Shown here one piece after another: positions 23,501 through 36,230 of a stretch of 64,000 nucleotides of DNA. The position numbers and the translations under genes are program-made. The stretch lies in contig NC_091995.1 of the NCBI RefSeq assembly GCF_044704955.1, forward strand, positions 19,778,001-19,842,000, in the 5' to 3' direction. The stretch is from Pristiophorus japonicus. Taxonomy: Eukaryota. How positions within the stretch are numbered: position 1 is the stretch's first letter; the number at the start of each line of letters is the position of its first letter. The notes under the pieces are model-generated. The model did not search any database. It was not told where the DNA came from and saw only the letters and a program-made list of their open reading frames with translations.

Positions 23501-25964
23501 ATTTGGACTTTCAGAAGGCTTTTGACACGGTCCCGCACAAGAGATTGTTGTGCAAAATCAAAGTACATGCTATTAGGGGTAATATACTGACGTGGATAGG
23601 AACTGGGGGGTTGGCAGACAGGAAGTAAAGAGTTGGGATAAACGGGTCCTTTTCAGAATGGCAGGCAGTGACTAGTGGAGTGCCGCAGGGCTCAGTGCTG
23701 GGACCCCAGCTCTTTATAATATACATTAATGATTTGGATGAAGGAATAGAGTGCAATATCTCCAAGTTTGCAGATGACACTAAGCTGGGTGGTGGTGTGA
23801 GCTGTGAGGAGGACGCTAAGAGGCTGCAGGGTGACTTGGACAGGTTAGGTGAGTGGGCAAATGCATGGCAGATGCCGTATAATGTGGATAAATGTGAGGT
23901 TATCCATTTTGGGGGCAAAAACACGAAGGCAGAATATTATCTGAATGGCGGCAGATTAGGAAAAGGGGAGGTGCAACGAGACCTGGGGTGTCATGGTTCA
24001 TCAGTCACTGAAAGCGGGCACGCAGGTACAGCAGGCGATAAAGAAGGCAAATGGTATGTTGGCCTTCATAGCTAGGGGATTTGAATATAGAAGCAGGGAG
24101 GTCTTACTGCAGTTGTACAGGGCCTTAATGAGGCCTCACCTGGAATATTGTGTTCAGTTTTGGTCTCCTAGTCTGAGGAAGGACGTTCTTGCTATTGAAG
24201 GAGTGCAGTGAAGGTTCACCAGACTGATTCCAGGGATGGCTGGGCGGTCATTTGAGGAGAGACTGGATCAACTGGGCCTTTATTCACTGGAGTTTAGAAG
24301 GATGAGAAGGGCTCTCATAGAAACATATAAGATTCTGACGGGACTGGACAGGTTAGATGCGGGAAGAATGTTTCCGATGTTGGGGAAGTCCAGAACCAGG
24401 GGACATAGTCTTAGGATAAGGGGTAGGCCATTTAGGACTGAGATGAGGAGAAACTTCTTCACTCAGAGAGTTGTTAACCTGTGGAATTCCCTGCCGCAGA
24501 GAGTTGTTGATGCCAGTTCACTGGATATATTCAAGAGGGAGTTAGATATGGCTCTTACGGTTAAGGGGATCAAGGGGTATGGAGAGAAAGCAGGAACGGG
24601 GTACTGAGGGAATGATCAGCCATGATCTTATTGAATGGCGGTGCAGGTTCGAAGGGCCGAATGGCCTACTCCTGCACCTATTTTTCTATGTTTCTAACTG
24701 AACACCAGTCTCACTCAGAGACACGGTGACTCTCACACCCACCGTATCAGACACACCCACACACTCACACAATGTAACTGGGCCAGGAATGTAATGTGAG
24801 CTCCACGAGAATATTAACCTCTTGGGGAATACAGAAATAATTACAGGCCAAGCATAAGATCACGGCAACTCGTTCCCAGATCCTGCAGACAGTGTGGGAG
24901 CTGGTTAGTTCAGTCACAATAGCAGATCCATCTCGGAATCGACAAAACAATCGGTTTAAATCAGTTTAGAATTTTTCAGCAAATGCTGCATTTATTCCGA
25001 CATTGTCGGTTATTGTGCAAGTAACCCGCAATATAATCCTCACCTTCAGAAATGTCAGCCCGTCTTGTTGCTCCATCTGTTTCTGCAACTTTGAAAGCTG
25101 CTCCTCAATAGAATTTAAATTCTCTTGAATTTCTCGAAGGTTTTTCTCCATTGTATCTACAATCCTCTCCTCTTCTCCCCTGAGATCTCTGATTAAACGC
25201 TGCTCTTTCTCAGTGAGAATCTGGTGCATTTTAGTGAACTCGGATGTGATGTGGGTCTGCAGACTGCTCGACTGTTCCTACCAAATGAAAGGTGAAAAAT
25301 AATCATGTACCGCGATAGAGGGAACAAAACTCACCGAGATCCCAGAAAATCAGCACAGGGAGACCTTACCCTAACTTCGGAAATCTGCCGTTTCTGTTTC
25401 CGTTCCGTTTCTAGAACCACCGATTTCTTCTCTGTGAGAGATTCTAAAGAGGATTTCAGCTGATCCTGGGATTGGGAGAAAATCACAGAATGAAAGGGCC
25501 GGACTATGAAAATGTGATAAAATAATCAGGTGATAAAATCTGTTCCATTTTACCTTGTAGATTTCAACAGCTTCTTTAATCGGCATGAAGTTGTGAGATT
25601 TGTGTTCCCGCGCATCTCTACAAGTGTAACAGATCAGTTTCTTGTCAGTTTCACAAAACAGCTTCAGTTCTTCCTGATGTTCCTCACAGTGAGGTTTATT
25701 TTCCTTCTCTCTCGGATTCAGGGTTAATTTTCGAGCTTTCTCCGACAGACTGGCCAAGACCCGACTGGTCCTGAGGTTTATTTCCGGAAACTCCTCTCTA
25801 CATTCCGGGCAGGAGTTTGTCTCCTTCTTTTCCCAACACCGTGTGATACAGGAGCGGCAGAAGTTGTGTCCACACTCCAGTGAAACCGGATCGGTGAAGA
25901 ATTCCAGACAAATGGGACAAGTTACCTCCTCAGTCCAACTCTCGGGCTGCTGCTTGGAAACCAT
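17512..25964 (-). CDS. TRIM protein, RING-Bbox2-coiled coil-PRY/SPRY (TRIM39/A33/NF7-like), copy A, 481 aa. Exons 25964-25554, 25465-25370, 25277-25044, 19945-19923, 19823-19708, 18077-17512
   Basis: [12 protein letters not shown]...CGHNFCRSC...CPEC, B-box [12 protein letters not shown]...C..C...H, and B30.2 motifs LDLNTAN, HYWEVEV, LDYEGG and FPIF. All introns are GT-AG, and exon lengths 411+96+234+23+116+566=1446 nt keep the frame. Confidence 0.93.
19540..19612 (+). mobile_element. Decayed L1/Tx1 RT fragment in TRIM intron 5
   Basis: Translates to [21 protein letters not shown], matching the L1/Tx1 RT motif RPISLLNxDYKILAK. Confidence 0.6.
20185..20505 (+). repeat. 65-bp tandem monomers (5 copies) at the CR1 5' end
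   Basis: GAGTTCGGCG recurs at 20221, 20286, 20351, 20416 and 20481. Most units have CCTATAAAGG and TGCGTCA. Confidence 0.9.
20185..24696 (+). mobile_element. Full-length CR1 LINE (ORF1 zinc finger plus SGNH esterase; ORF2 APE-RT), disrupted, antisense in TRIM intron 3
   Basis: ORF1 has CSSC..CGKC and GDSIVR/HIGTND/DGLH. ORF2 has [23 protein letters not shown] and KFADDTK. The 3' tail is TTTTTCTATGTTTCTA, and there are several stops and frameshifts. Confidence 0.93.
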
Positions 25965-25994
25965 GTTCACACTCAGCACTTCCTGATTCAACCC

Positions 25995-26050
25995 ACTTTC
26001 AGTTTCAATGTTGCTGAGCTCCAGCTGGATCCTGTCACTAGGTGGCGCTG
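25995..26050 (-). promoter_or_regulatory. ISRE-like element and CTCF-like motif upstream of TRIM copy A
   Basis: ACTTTCAGTTTC (GAAACTGAAAGT on the coding strand) at 25995-26006, ~30 bp before the ATG, with an adjacent ETS CAGGAAGT. TCACTAGGTGGCGCTG is at 26035-26050. Confidence 0.6.
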
Positions 26051-27821
26051 CTGGACAATATTTCTCAACCAAGGATTTTTGTAGGTTTCCTGAAAAAGAT
26101 TTTGTTGCAGGAAAACCACACATTTGCTTTCTGTGCAGTGAAGGGCCGTATTAAACAAACCGATTTACTCTGTGCATCAGTTTAATGTTGTATGGAGCCA
26201 GGAAACAGGCTCTAAAGGTGTAGAAATAATTGCTCTAATTTCAAATGTTTTGCAGGTGATGTGAATATGTCAGAAACTGATAATTATCCTGGATTTGTTA
26301 AACTATTTAATTGCACCATCCTCCATACATTGATGTGCTTTTTATAACAGTTTATTGATTTAATGTGAGGTTTTGGGGGATGTGCCGTTATGTTGCTCCA
26401 CATGTTGGCCCAGATTTGAAGTTTGGAGCCACCTCTGGTCATATTTCAGGCCCGGGCAATCTGAAAGTGAGAGGTGGGCGGACTGGGCGGAGTCTTGCTG
26501 AATTCCCGGGGAGTGGGGTACATCGGGTGGGGGGAAGAAGGCAGCCTCCTAACTGCTGGAAACACATTCTTGTGCTCAATTCTCACTGCAGCTGGTGGTG
26601 TCCGGGCACGGCCGTGCTACAGGAGCGCTTGTACAGACCTGGAACTATCGAATCCCTAAAGCCCCTCTCTTTATCCGTGCAGATGTTGGTCTGAGCAGCC
26701 ACCGTTATCCGTGCAGATGTTGGTGTGTGCTTCCTACAGCTGGTGACTGCCCCCATTAAACCCCGAATGACTGTATCCCCCTCTCTCCAATTATGCAGGT
26801 CCCGGTGTGTGTCCCTTACAACCGGATCCACCACAATTACCTGCCAAGTACATTGTGGAACAACCCACTCTGCATGGACCGAGCGAGACCCAGTGTGAGC
26901 GGATGTTTGGGGCGGTTTTCTCCTTCGTTCTTAGCCGCAGGGCCATGGGTCTGTTCAGCTCAGGGGAGTCTCTGAATCTGATTTTAAAATACATAACCAT
27001 ATATAAATAAATAAATCAATGGATACTATTCTGGAAATAAAACAGAAACTAATTATTTAAAAATTAAGACTAGTCCAATTAATTTGGCTCTGATGCTTTT
27101 GTCTTGATTCTCGTACAGACTGTTTTAAAATCAGAAGTTGTGTTTGATTTGTGGTAAATATGTAAACGTGCTCCGTGACACAGTTTTGTGTGGTTCAGAA
27201 GGTGAGTGAAGAAATGATCGATATATTACTGACATTAGCTCAGGATGGGGGCAGGCTCCCACGGTCCTGGCGATCTGTTCTGGTCCTGGATACACAAACA
27301 TAAACAAAACCAAGACAGGCCAGATAATGAGCAAGTGCCTGGATGATCCGTGTCTGACCGTTACAGTATAATAATCCCACATTAAAGGGGAGCTTTTCAA
27401 TGAAGGGCTAACCTGAGAATAGTTCAGAAAGGTACAGCTTTCATCGTACAATAATTGGTAAACCGTTTTACATGTCTGACTGTACACAATGTGGGAAATA
27501 GCATCAAAATACAGTTTGCTGTAATTTACAAGTTTTACCTCACCTGAGCCAAGCTGACACACTTGTCTTCATGCATCACACCCATGTACCCTACAACGCT
27601 GTTATTAAACGACTCACCTCCCTGCACCTTTCCCACCTTTAAAAGCTTCCTGAGAACCTGCAGCATTAACTATGGGCCTTGGCTCATTTACCCCAACTCT
27701 TCTCACCCACTCATCAATGTTTGCAAGCTCTTGAAATATTTTGCTACATCACTGGAGTTGTTTGCAAATACCTTGTTCTATTTCTACTTTTATATAATCA
27801 AAACCTTTGTGTATTTTTTAA

Positions 27822-30510
27822 ACATTCATTGGATGTGGGCATCGCTGGCAAGGCCAGCATTTATTGCCCATCCCTCACTGCCCTTGAGAAGGTGGTGGTG
27901 AGCCGCCTTCTTGAACCGTTGCAGTCCGTGTGGTGAAGGTGCTCCCACAATGCTGTGAGGGAGGGAGTTCCAGAATTTTGACCCATCAACAATGAAGGAG
28001 CGGCGATATATTTCCAAGTCAGGATAGTGTGTGATTTGGAGGGGAACATGGAGGTGGTGGTGTTCCCATGTACCTGCTGCCCTTGTCCTTCTAGGTGGTA
28101 AAGGTGGCGGGTTTAGGAGGTGCTGCCGAAGAAGCCTTGGCGAGTTGCTGCAGTGCATCTTGTCGATAGTACACACTGCAGCCACGGTGTGCTGGTGGTG
28201 GAGGGAGTGACTGTTTAAGGTGGGGATGGGGTGCTGATCAAGCGGGCTGCTTTGTCCTGGATCGTGTCGAGCTTCCTGCATGTTGTTGGAGCTACACTAA
28301 TCCAGGCAAGTGGAGAGTGTTCCATCACACTCCTGACTTGTGCCTTGTAGTTGGGGAGTCAGGAGGTGAGACACTCACCACAGAATACCCAGCCTCTGAC
28401 CTGCTCTTGTTGCCACACTTTATGTGGCTGGTCCAGTTAAGTTTCTGGTCAATTGTGACCCCCCCAGGACATTGATGGTGGGGGATTCTGGGACGGTAGT
28501 GCCATTGAATGTCAAGGGGCGGTGGTTAGACTCTCGCTGTTGGAGATATTCATTGCCTGGCACTTGTTTGAGAGTAGACTGATGGGGCGGTTTTGGCTGG
28601 ATTGGATTTCTCCTGCTTTTTGTGGACAGGACATATCTGGGCAGTTTTCCACATTGTCGGGTAGATGCCAGTGTTGTAGCTGTACTGGAACAGCTTGGCT
28701 AGAGGTGCGGTTAGTTCTGGAGCACAAGTCTTCAGCCCAACAGCCGGGATGTTGTCGGGGCCCATAGCCTTTACTGTATCCAGTGCGCTCAGCCGTTTCT
28801 TGATATCACGTGGAGTGAATCGAATTCACTGAAGCCTGGCTTCTGTGATGGTGAGGACCTCAGGAAGAGGCTGATATGGATCACCCACTCGGCATTTCTG
28901 GCTGAAGATGGTTGTAAACGCTTCAGCCTTGTCTTTTGTACTCACGTGCTGGATTCCGCTATCATTGAGGATGGGGATATTCATGGAGCCTCCTCCTCCC
29001 ATCAGTTGTTTAATGGTCCACCACCATTCACGACTGGATGTGGCAGGACTACAGAGCTTTGATCTGATCCGTTGATTGTGGGATCACTTAGCCCTGTCTA
29101 TCACATGCTATTACCACCTTTTTAACATGCATGTAGTCCTGTGTTGCAGCTTCCCAGGTTGGCACCTCATTTTTAATATGCCGGATGCTGCTCCTGGTGT
29201 GTTTTTCTACACTCCTCATTGAACCAGGATTGTTGTCCTGGCTCGATGGGAATGGTAGAGTGAGGGATATACCGGGCCATGAGGTTACAGATTGTGGTGG
29301 AATACAATTCTGCTGCTGATGGCCCCCAGCACCTCATGGATGCCCAGTTTTGAGCTGTAGATCTGTTCTAAATCTATCCCATTTATCACGGTGGTGGTGC
29401 CACACAACACGATGGAGGTTGTCCTCAGTGTGAAGGTGAGATTTTGTCTCCACAAGGACTGTGCAGTGGTCACTGCTACCACTACTGTCATGGACAGATG
29501 TATCTGCGACAGGTAGATTGGTGAGGACAAGGTCAAGTAGGTTTTTCCCTCGTGTTGGTTCTCTCACCACCTGCTGCAGGCCCAGTCTGGCAGCTGTGTC
29601 CTTCAGGACTCGGCCAGCTCGGTCAGTAGTGGTGCTACCGAGCCACTCTTGGTGATGGACATTGAAGTCCCCCACCCAGAGTACATTCTGTGCCCTTGCT
29701 ACTCTCAGTGCTTCTTCCAAGTGGTGTTGAACATGGAGGAGTACTGATTCATCAGCTGAGGGAGGGCGGTAGGTGGTGATCAGCAGGAGGTTTCCTTGCC
29801 CATGCTTGACCCGAAGCCATGAGATTTCATAGGGTCCAGAGTCAATGTTGAGGACTCCCAGGGCCACTCCCTCCCTCCCGTATACCACTGTGCTGCCACC
29901 CCTGGTGTGTTTGCCTGCCGGTGGGACAGGACATACCCAGGGATGGTGATGGAGGAGTTTGGGACATTGGCTGAAAGGTATGATTCTGTGAGTATGACTA
30001 TGTCAGGCTGTTGCTTGACGAGTCTGTGGGACAGCTCTCCCAATTTTGTCACAAGTCCCCAGATGTTGGTGAGGAGGACTTTGCAGGGTCGACTGGGCTG
30101 TGTGAGCTGTTGTCGTGTCTGTGGCTGGTGTCGAGGTCGATACCAGGTGGCCCCGTTTTATTCTTATTGTTTCTTGTAGCTGTTTTTTACAACCGAGTGG
30201 CTCGCTGGGCCATTTCAGAGGGCAGTTAAATGTCAACCACATTGCTGTGGGTCTGGAGTCACACATAGGCCAGACCGGGTAAGGACAGCAGATTTCCTTC
30301 CCTAAAGGACATTAGTGAACCAGATGGGTTTTTACGACAATCCGATAGTTTGATGGTCACCATTACTGACACTAGCTGTTTGTAAATTCCAGATTTTTAT
30401 TTAATTAACTGAATTTAAATTCCACAGCTGGTGGGATTTAAACTCACGTCTCTGGATCATTAGTCCAGGCCCCTGGATTACTAACCCTGTAACTTAACCA
30501 CTGTGCTCCC
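27822..30510 (-). mobile_element. L2/CR1-group LINE with APE endonuclease, internally deleted RT and a tRNA-like 5' head
   Basis: ILTESYL, VGDFNVHH and SDH endonuclease motifs. GPDNIP...NRPISLLS is fused directly to NKCQAMNIS at ~28570. The 3' end is GGGCAATAAATGCTGGCCTTGCCAGCGATGCCCACATCC. Confidence 0.8.
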
Positions 30511-30989
30511 GTATGTGCCACACTGCCCAACTTTAAATGTTTGATCACCTTTATGTCACCATTTAACATTGAAACTACCAACGTGACCGTTTACAGTGAA
30601 ATCCTGTCAGTAAACCGTGGCCTGGAATGATGTGGAATGCACGGCCTGAAAGGCTGGTGGAAGCAGATTCAATCGTAACTTTCAAACCGGAATTGGATAA
30701 AGACTTGAAAAGAAAAGAATTGCGTCTATTGGGAAAGAGCGGGGGAGTGGGACTAATTGGATAGCTATTTGCAAGAGCTGTCACAGACACAATGGGCCAC
30801 TTTAAACACCACAGGGATTGTTGAATGTGCAAGTTGTTGTTTCCCTGTTGTTATTGAACATGTGAAGGGAGTGAGGATGAGAGGAGGTACATCGAGCCGG
30901 TCCGAATGATCCTGATGGGAGAGATGTAAATGGAGTGGGACTGACAAGAAATAGTGAGAGGGAGTGCACTGCAGGATTTGGATGAATAT

Positions 30990-31260
30990 CGATGTATGTT
31001 GACCTTTCCTGACCTAGTCAGGTCATTGAACCTTTGTGGCACTAAATCCAGGACCTCATGGTCACACTTCAGCTGCTCACTTCTTCTGCTAACTCCACCC
31101 AGGCCTTCTTCATGGTGGCAGCAGCTCTCTTATTTACACTAGTGGGAAACAGCACCTCCCTCCTGGCCCTTCCAGCACGGAGCAGAACATCAAGGGCAGC
31201 ATCTGTGAAACGAGGGCAACATTTCCTCTCTGTGGGGCAGTGGAGGCACCAAACCCAGAA
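30990..31260 (-). mobile_element. Myb/SANT-like (Harbinger accessory protein-type) fragment
   Basis: PRFTDAALDVLL...RREVLFP...KKAWVELAEEVSS, followed by frameshifted QRFNDL. Confidence 0.6.
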
Positions 31261-32310
31261 GCAAAAATTCAAATGGTTCTTCATATTGTGATGTTGGGGG
31301 CCCGTTGCCTGATACAGACGTTGTCCGCTGCAGCCCATCCCCCAACCCCTGCCCCCCACACTCCATTCTCGGCTCTGAGTTAATTTCAAGGCCATTAAAC
31401 CGAGGGTCCGTCAGCGTATGTAAAAGACCCCACAGTTATTGTAAAGAGGAGCAGGTGGGATCACACGGTGTCCTGTTTTATGTTTATGTTTTATTTCTCC
31501 AAGCCAAGATGCTGTGGGCAGGTGATTCGATACTTCTCAGCATATCATGGACGAGAGCAGGGGAGGCACATTCATTTTGGGCCTGATCCGAAATCTGGGA
31601 CACATTCAGCAGAAGTTACTGAAACAGAAATAGATGAAGATAAACTATATTGGTACTTACCTCGGCTCAGATTTTATTGACTGTGACTGCTGTTCCCGAT
31701 ATTTGTCTTGAACCATTGCATCAACATTGGAGCAAATGACTGGTCTGAGGCCTGTCCTGGATAAAACCATGAGGACCATTTGTCACTGCAGAATGTTGTG
31801 CCCCAACCACTGACCCTGGAAGTGAACTCCACAGCCTCACAGCTCTGTGTGGGAAGAAGTTTCCATTAATCACTGTTCCAAATCTCCTACATTTAATCGT
31901 GTATCTATGGCTCCTCGCCTTGAGCCCCCGAACACGGGAAACACCCTGCTTCTATCTACCCCATCCCCTTATTCATTATATGAAACGTTTCTACCCTATC
32001 GCCCTGGAATATGTGTTGAACATGAGAAGGATGAGTTGTAACAGAAAGGGGACAAAGTCAGAATGGGCCTGAGACTGAGCCACCTTCCATTCTGGTCAGG
32101 AATGCACCGTCTTGTTTGACTTCCTGTATTCCGAATCTGTGTTACAACCACAACTGTCTGTCTCAGTGATTGTTAGCACATAACACTCTGCTCCACACAT
32201 TGTAAGCATTATCCCTGGGTCATCCTCAGTGGGGAGAGAAACTGCAAGAAGACAGGGGGAGAGGAGCCCTTCCTTCCCACGGCAACCTGCGAGCTTTACT
32301 CTGTAACCTT

Positions 32311-35241
32311 TGTAGTGTATGTCGGCACCTTTAGTAATGACTCCACGAGGCAGGGTATGACACTTAAACTGTGTAGAACTGTAGTCCTTTATTTACAACT
32401 CCTGAGTGAGGACAACAAGCTGTGAGTTCCTTTTTATACTGCGTTATCTGCAGTGTGCAGGTAACCCTCAGGTCTCCAGCAGCAGCACCCTCTGGTGTAC
32501 AGGTAAGGTGTGTACAGTATAAGGGTACATTCAGTGTGGCATAACAGTGTTACAGACATCACACAGTAAACAGGCACGCATACACAACAATATTCCCGCC
32601 GAAGCATTTTTCATATCCTTATCATCATGACCAGGGGGGGTGATCAGTGGTGGGCTATGGGAGGTTGTGGTGAGGGGTGTGTGGTTGCCAGGTGTGACCC
32701 CTGTGCTTGAGGTTGGCCTCGTACATTTCCCCCACCCCCTCACACACAGACCAAGTGGGTGTCACTGTTGTGGGATCCCTCAGGTGGAGTAGTCACGGCA
32801 GCAGTGGGTGGTGTGTATACACTGTGATGTGGGTAGTTGTGGGGTGGTGGGCAGGGCCTCAAGACTGGGTGGGCTCCTTGTCCACCAATTGGGATGAGGG
32901 TCAGGTCATCCTGGGGTTTGACAGGGAAGCTGGAGGGTATTGGTCTCATGCTCCTGGTGTTGGCCCTGGTGGCCAGGGGCTGTAGGGCTGGTCTGGTGCA
33001 GGTTGCCATTGGTGGTGGCTGGGCTGCCCATTGACCACTGTCCCTGTAGTGGGTCTGCTCCCACTGGCTGTGTGTGTGTCCTGAAAGGGGCATCACATTC
33101 GTTCCAAAGGTCCAGGCTACATGGTCAGGTAGCCTGCTGGACCTGGGGGTCTCCCACAGGGGGATTCCATTGGCATCAGCATTGTCCCTGTAGGACCCAA
33201 TGTCCTTTGGCAGTGTCCTACTGGTATACATGACACCGTGGCTCTGATCACACATAGTCGAGCCTGCATTATACATTGTAGCATTTGCATCACTTTTGGG
33301 CGTCCTGGTTTTAACAGACATGGTTACATTAGGCATTTCACATTCTCTATCATTATTGTTAAGCATAATAAACTTGTTCTTAACCTTACTGACACCTGCA
33401 TTCATCTCATTAGTCACATTAGTTAAACCAGCATCACAATTCATGGTTACATTGCATACATTTTCATATTTGCACCCTTAAATTGCATCTTTGGTTTTAA
33501 AGCCTGTGTACTCAAGTAGTTGAAACTTCCCCTTTAAATTTTATTGATTACAAGTCTCCTTTAAGGGCGCCTTCAAATCCGATTGGCCGCTCGGTGTCAT
33601 GTGGTGCTCCTCCAATGCTCCTCGTGGCATGGCGGTGGCCAGTTTGATTACAAGTTTTTCTCCTCGAGGTGTTGGTTTTGCAGCCATTTCCTGGCTTTCC
33701 TGCAGGTGGGCTGTGGTGGTCTTTTCTTCCACAGGGCCACTTCGCCTGATGTGAACCGGGTTCATCCAATTCCTGCCCAGCAGCGTGGGACCGTCACCGG
33801 CTACAATCCACGGGGAGGTTGTTCAACACGCCCGCCCTGGGAGACCTGGACGTCTACGCTGCCAACGACTGGGATTTTACCTTTGGTATAGGTGAGCAGC
33901 TTCGCCTGGACAGGAGACAGTTTTGGTCGAGTGGCGGGATTCATCCAAATTTTTTGAAAGGTCATTTGGCTCATCACAGACTGGCTCGCCCCTGTGTCGA
34001 TTTCCATGGAGACTGGGACCCCAGCGATGTCCACTTCCATCGTCCACGGAGAACTTTCGGTGGAGCAGGTGAAGATTCCATACTCTTCTTCCAGGGTTTG
34101 AGCAACTTCATCTTCATCTGTGTCAGAGCCCGGTGATCAGCCAGCTCATCAGAGACACGGTGAGTAAAGCCTTTTCTGCACATTCTCTGAAGGTGCCCTT
34201 TCTCTTTGCAGCCTTTGCATGTATAGTCTTTGTAGTGGCACGGGTGGGCCCTGTGGTTTCCTCCACAGCGCCAGCACGGGGCCATCCGGTTTGCCGGACT
34301 CAGGGTTGCGGGATTCGGGGCAGTATTTCTGCCTTTAGAAGTATCCATGCGGTGCACTGCGCTCGCCGGTTTAGAGTCCTGGGTCAGTATTCGCCTGGAG
34401 TCGCCGGCCGAAACCATGTCGGCCTGGCTCACTTGGATTACTTTCTGCAGGGTGACCGTGATGTCAGCCGAGAACAATTTGTGTAGGAGGCCTTCGTGGC
34501 CGATTCCGATGTCAAATATGTCCTTAGTGCTTCATTAAGGTGGTCGCCAAAATCACACGGAGCAGCTAGTCTTCTTAAGTGTGCAGCATATTAGCAATTT
34601 CTTGGCCCTCAGGTCGCCGGTAAGTGTAGAACCGGTGCCTGGCTGTGAGGATGCTTTCTTTCGGTTTTATTTGTTCCTGTATGATTGTTACACATTGCTC
34701 ATAGATCTTGGTGGTTGTCTTCTCCGGGGATAGTAAGTCCCTGACGAGACAATGAATGGTGGGCCCACAACTGCTAAGCAGCATGGCCCTGCGTTTGTTC
34801 GGTCGTGTAGCCGGTGTGTCCCATCCAGGTCGTTGGCTGTAAAGAAATGTTCCAATCTTTCCACAAAAATGTTCCAATCTTCCCCCTCTGTAAATTGCTG
34901 GAAGTTGCTGAGGTTAGACATGTTCAGCGTGTAGTTCGTGACCTCGTATTCCCGTCGCCAGTTGTAGTGTATGTAGGCGCCTTTAGTAATGACTCCACGA
35001 GTCAGGGTATGATACTTAAACTGTGTAGACCTGTAGTCCTTTATTTACAGCTCCTGAGTGAGGACAACAAGCTGTGAGTTCCTTTTTATACTGGGTTACC
35101 TGCAGTGTGCAGGTAACCCTTAGGTCTCCAGCAGCAACACCCTCTGGTGTACAGGTAAGGTGTGTACAGCATAAGGGTACATTCAGTGTGGCATAACAGT
35201 GTTACAGACATCACACAGTAAACAGGCACGCATATACAACA
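32311..35241 (-). mobile_element. Non-autonomous Gypsy (Mag-like) LTR retrotransposon
   Basis: 279-bp TG...CA LTRs at 32311-32589 and 34963-35241, a 5-bp TSD ACCTT (32306-32310; 35242-35246) and PBS TGGCGACG (34953-34960). Frameshifted gag has CWRCGGNH..C and CKGCKEKGH..C, the protease has EIDTGAS, and no RT or IN is seen. Confidence 0.92.
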
Positions 35242-35381
35242 ACCTTTACTGTTCAAATAAAGTAACTCCCTTCGGGCTTTTTTCAAGGTTACAGGTGACG
35301 ACCTTTTTGTGTCGGACTGACGACTAACAATGTGACCAACCTGCATCATCGGCAACTCCCCAATGATTAGTGATACTGCAC

Positions 35382-36230
35382 GGTTAGTGGATTAGGATTA
35401 GAGGTTCGTGGTTAGGGTTAAGATTGGGGTCACTGGTTAGTGAATTAGGATTAGGGTTGTTGGCAGGGGGTTAGGATGTTAAACATCGGGGTTAGGATTA
35501 GGGTTAGAGTTAGTGGTTTAGGATTAGGGTTAGAGATAGTGGTTAGGATTAGGGTTAGAGTTAGTGGTTTAGGATTAGGGTTAGAGATAGTGGTTAGGAT
35601 TAGGGTTAGAGATAGTGGTTAGGATTAGGGTTAGAGATAGTGTTAGGATTAGGGTTAGAGTTAGTGGTTTAGGATTAGGGTTAGAGATAGTGGTTAGGAT
35701 TAGGGTTAGAGTTAGTGGTTTAGGATTAGGGTTAGAGATAGTGGTTAGGATTAGGGTTAGAGATAGTGTTAGGATTAGGGTTAGAGTTAGTGGTTTAGGA
35801 TTAGGGTTAGAGTTAGTGGTTCGGATTAGGATTAGAGTTAGTGGTTAGGATTAGGTTTAGACATAGTGATTAGGATTAGAGTTAGAGTTAGTGGTTAACA
35901 TTAGGGTTAGAGATAGTGGTTTGTTTTAGGATTGGGATCACAGGTTAGTGAATTCGGATTAGGGTTTGAGATAGTGGTTTGGATTATGGTTAGAGATAGT
36001 GATTAGGATTAGGGTTAGAGTTAGTGGTTAGGATTAGGGTTAGAGTTAGTGGTGAGGATTAGGGTTAGAGTTAGTGGTTAGGATTAGGTTTAGAGATAGT
36101 GGTTAGGATTAGGGTTAGAGATCGTGGTTAGGATTAGGGTTAGAGTTAGTGGTTAGAATTAGGGTTAGAGATAGTGGTTCGAATTAGGGTTAGAGATAGT
36201 GGTTTGGATTAGGGTTAGAGTTAGTGGTTA
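35382..36230 (+). repeat. Telomere-like minisatellite, longer paralogue
   Basis: About 850 bp of GGTTAGGATTAGGGTTAGAG(A/T)TAGT variants. Confidence 0.92.

Larger units (their letters stand above)
8076..26984 (+). repeat. Segmental duplication unit A (paralogous to about 36100-55290)
   Basis: Collinear near-identical sequence and ORFs at an offset of ~28.0-28.4 kb. Homology ends at GGAGTCTCT.AATCTGATTT. Confidence 0.97.

Noticed and set aside
25965-26123. N-terminal extension of TRIM in the ORF track
   Set aside because: MVSKQQ at 25964 gives the typical short pre-RING leader, and the upstream sequence looks regulatory.
35382-36230. True telomere or chromosome fusion site
   Set aside because: It is a degenerate higher-order 25-bp unit in one orientation, with no head-to-head TTAGGG/CCCTAA junction.
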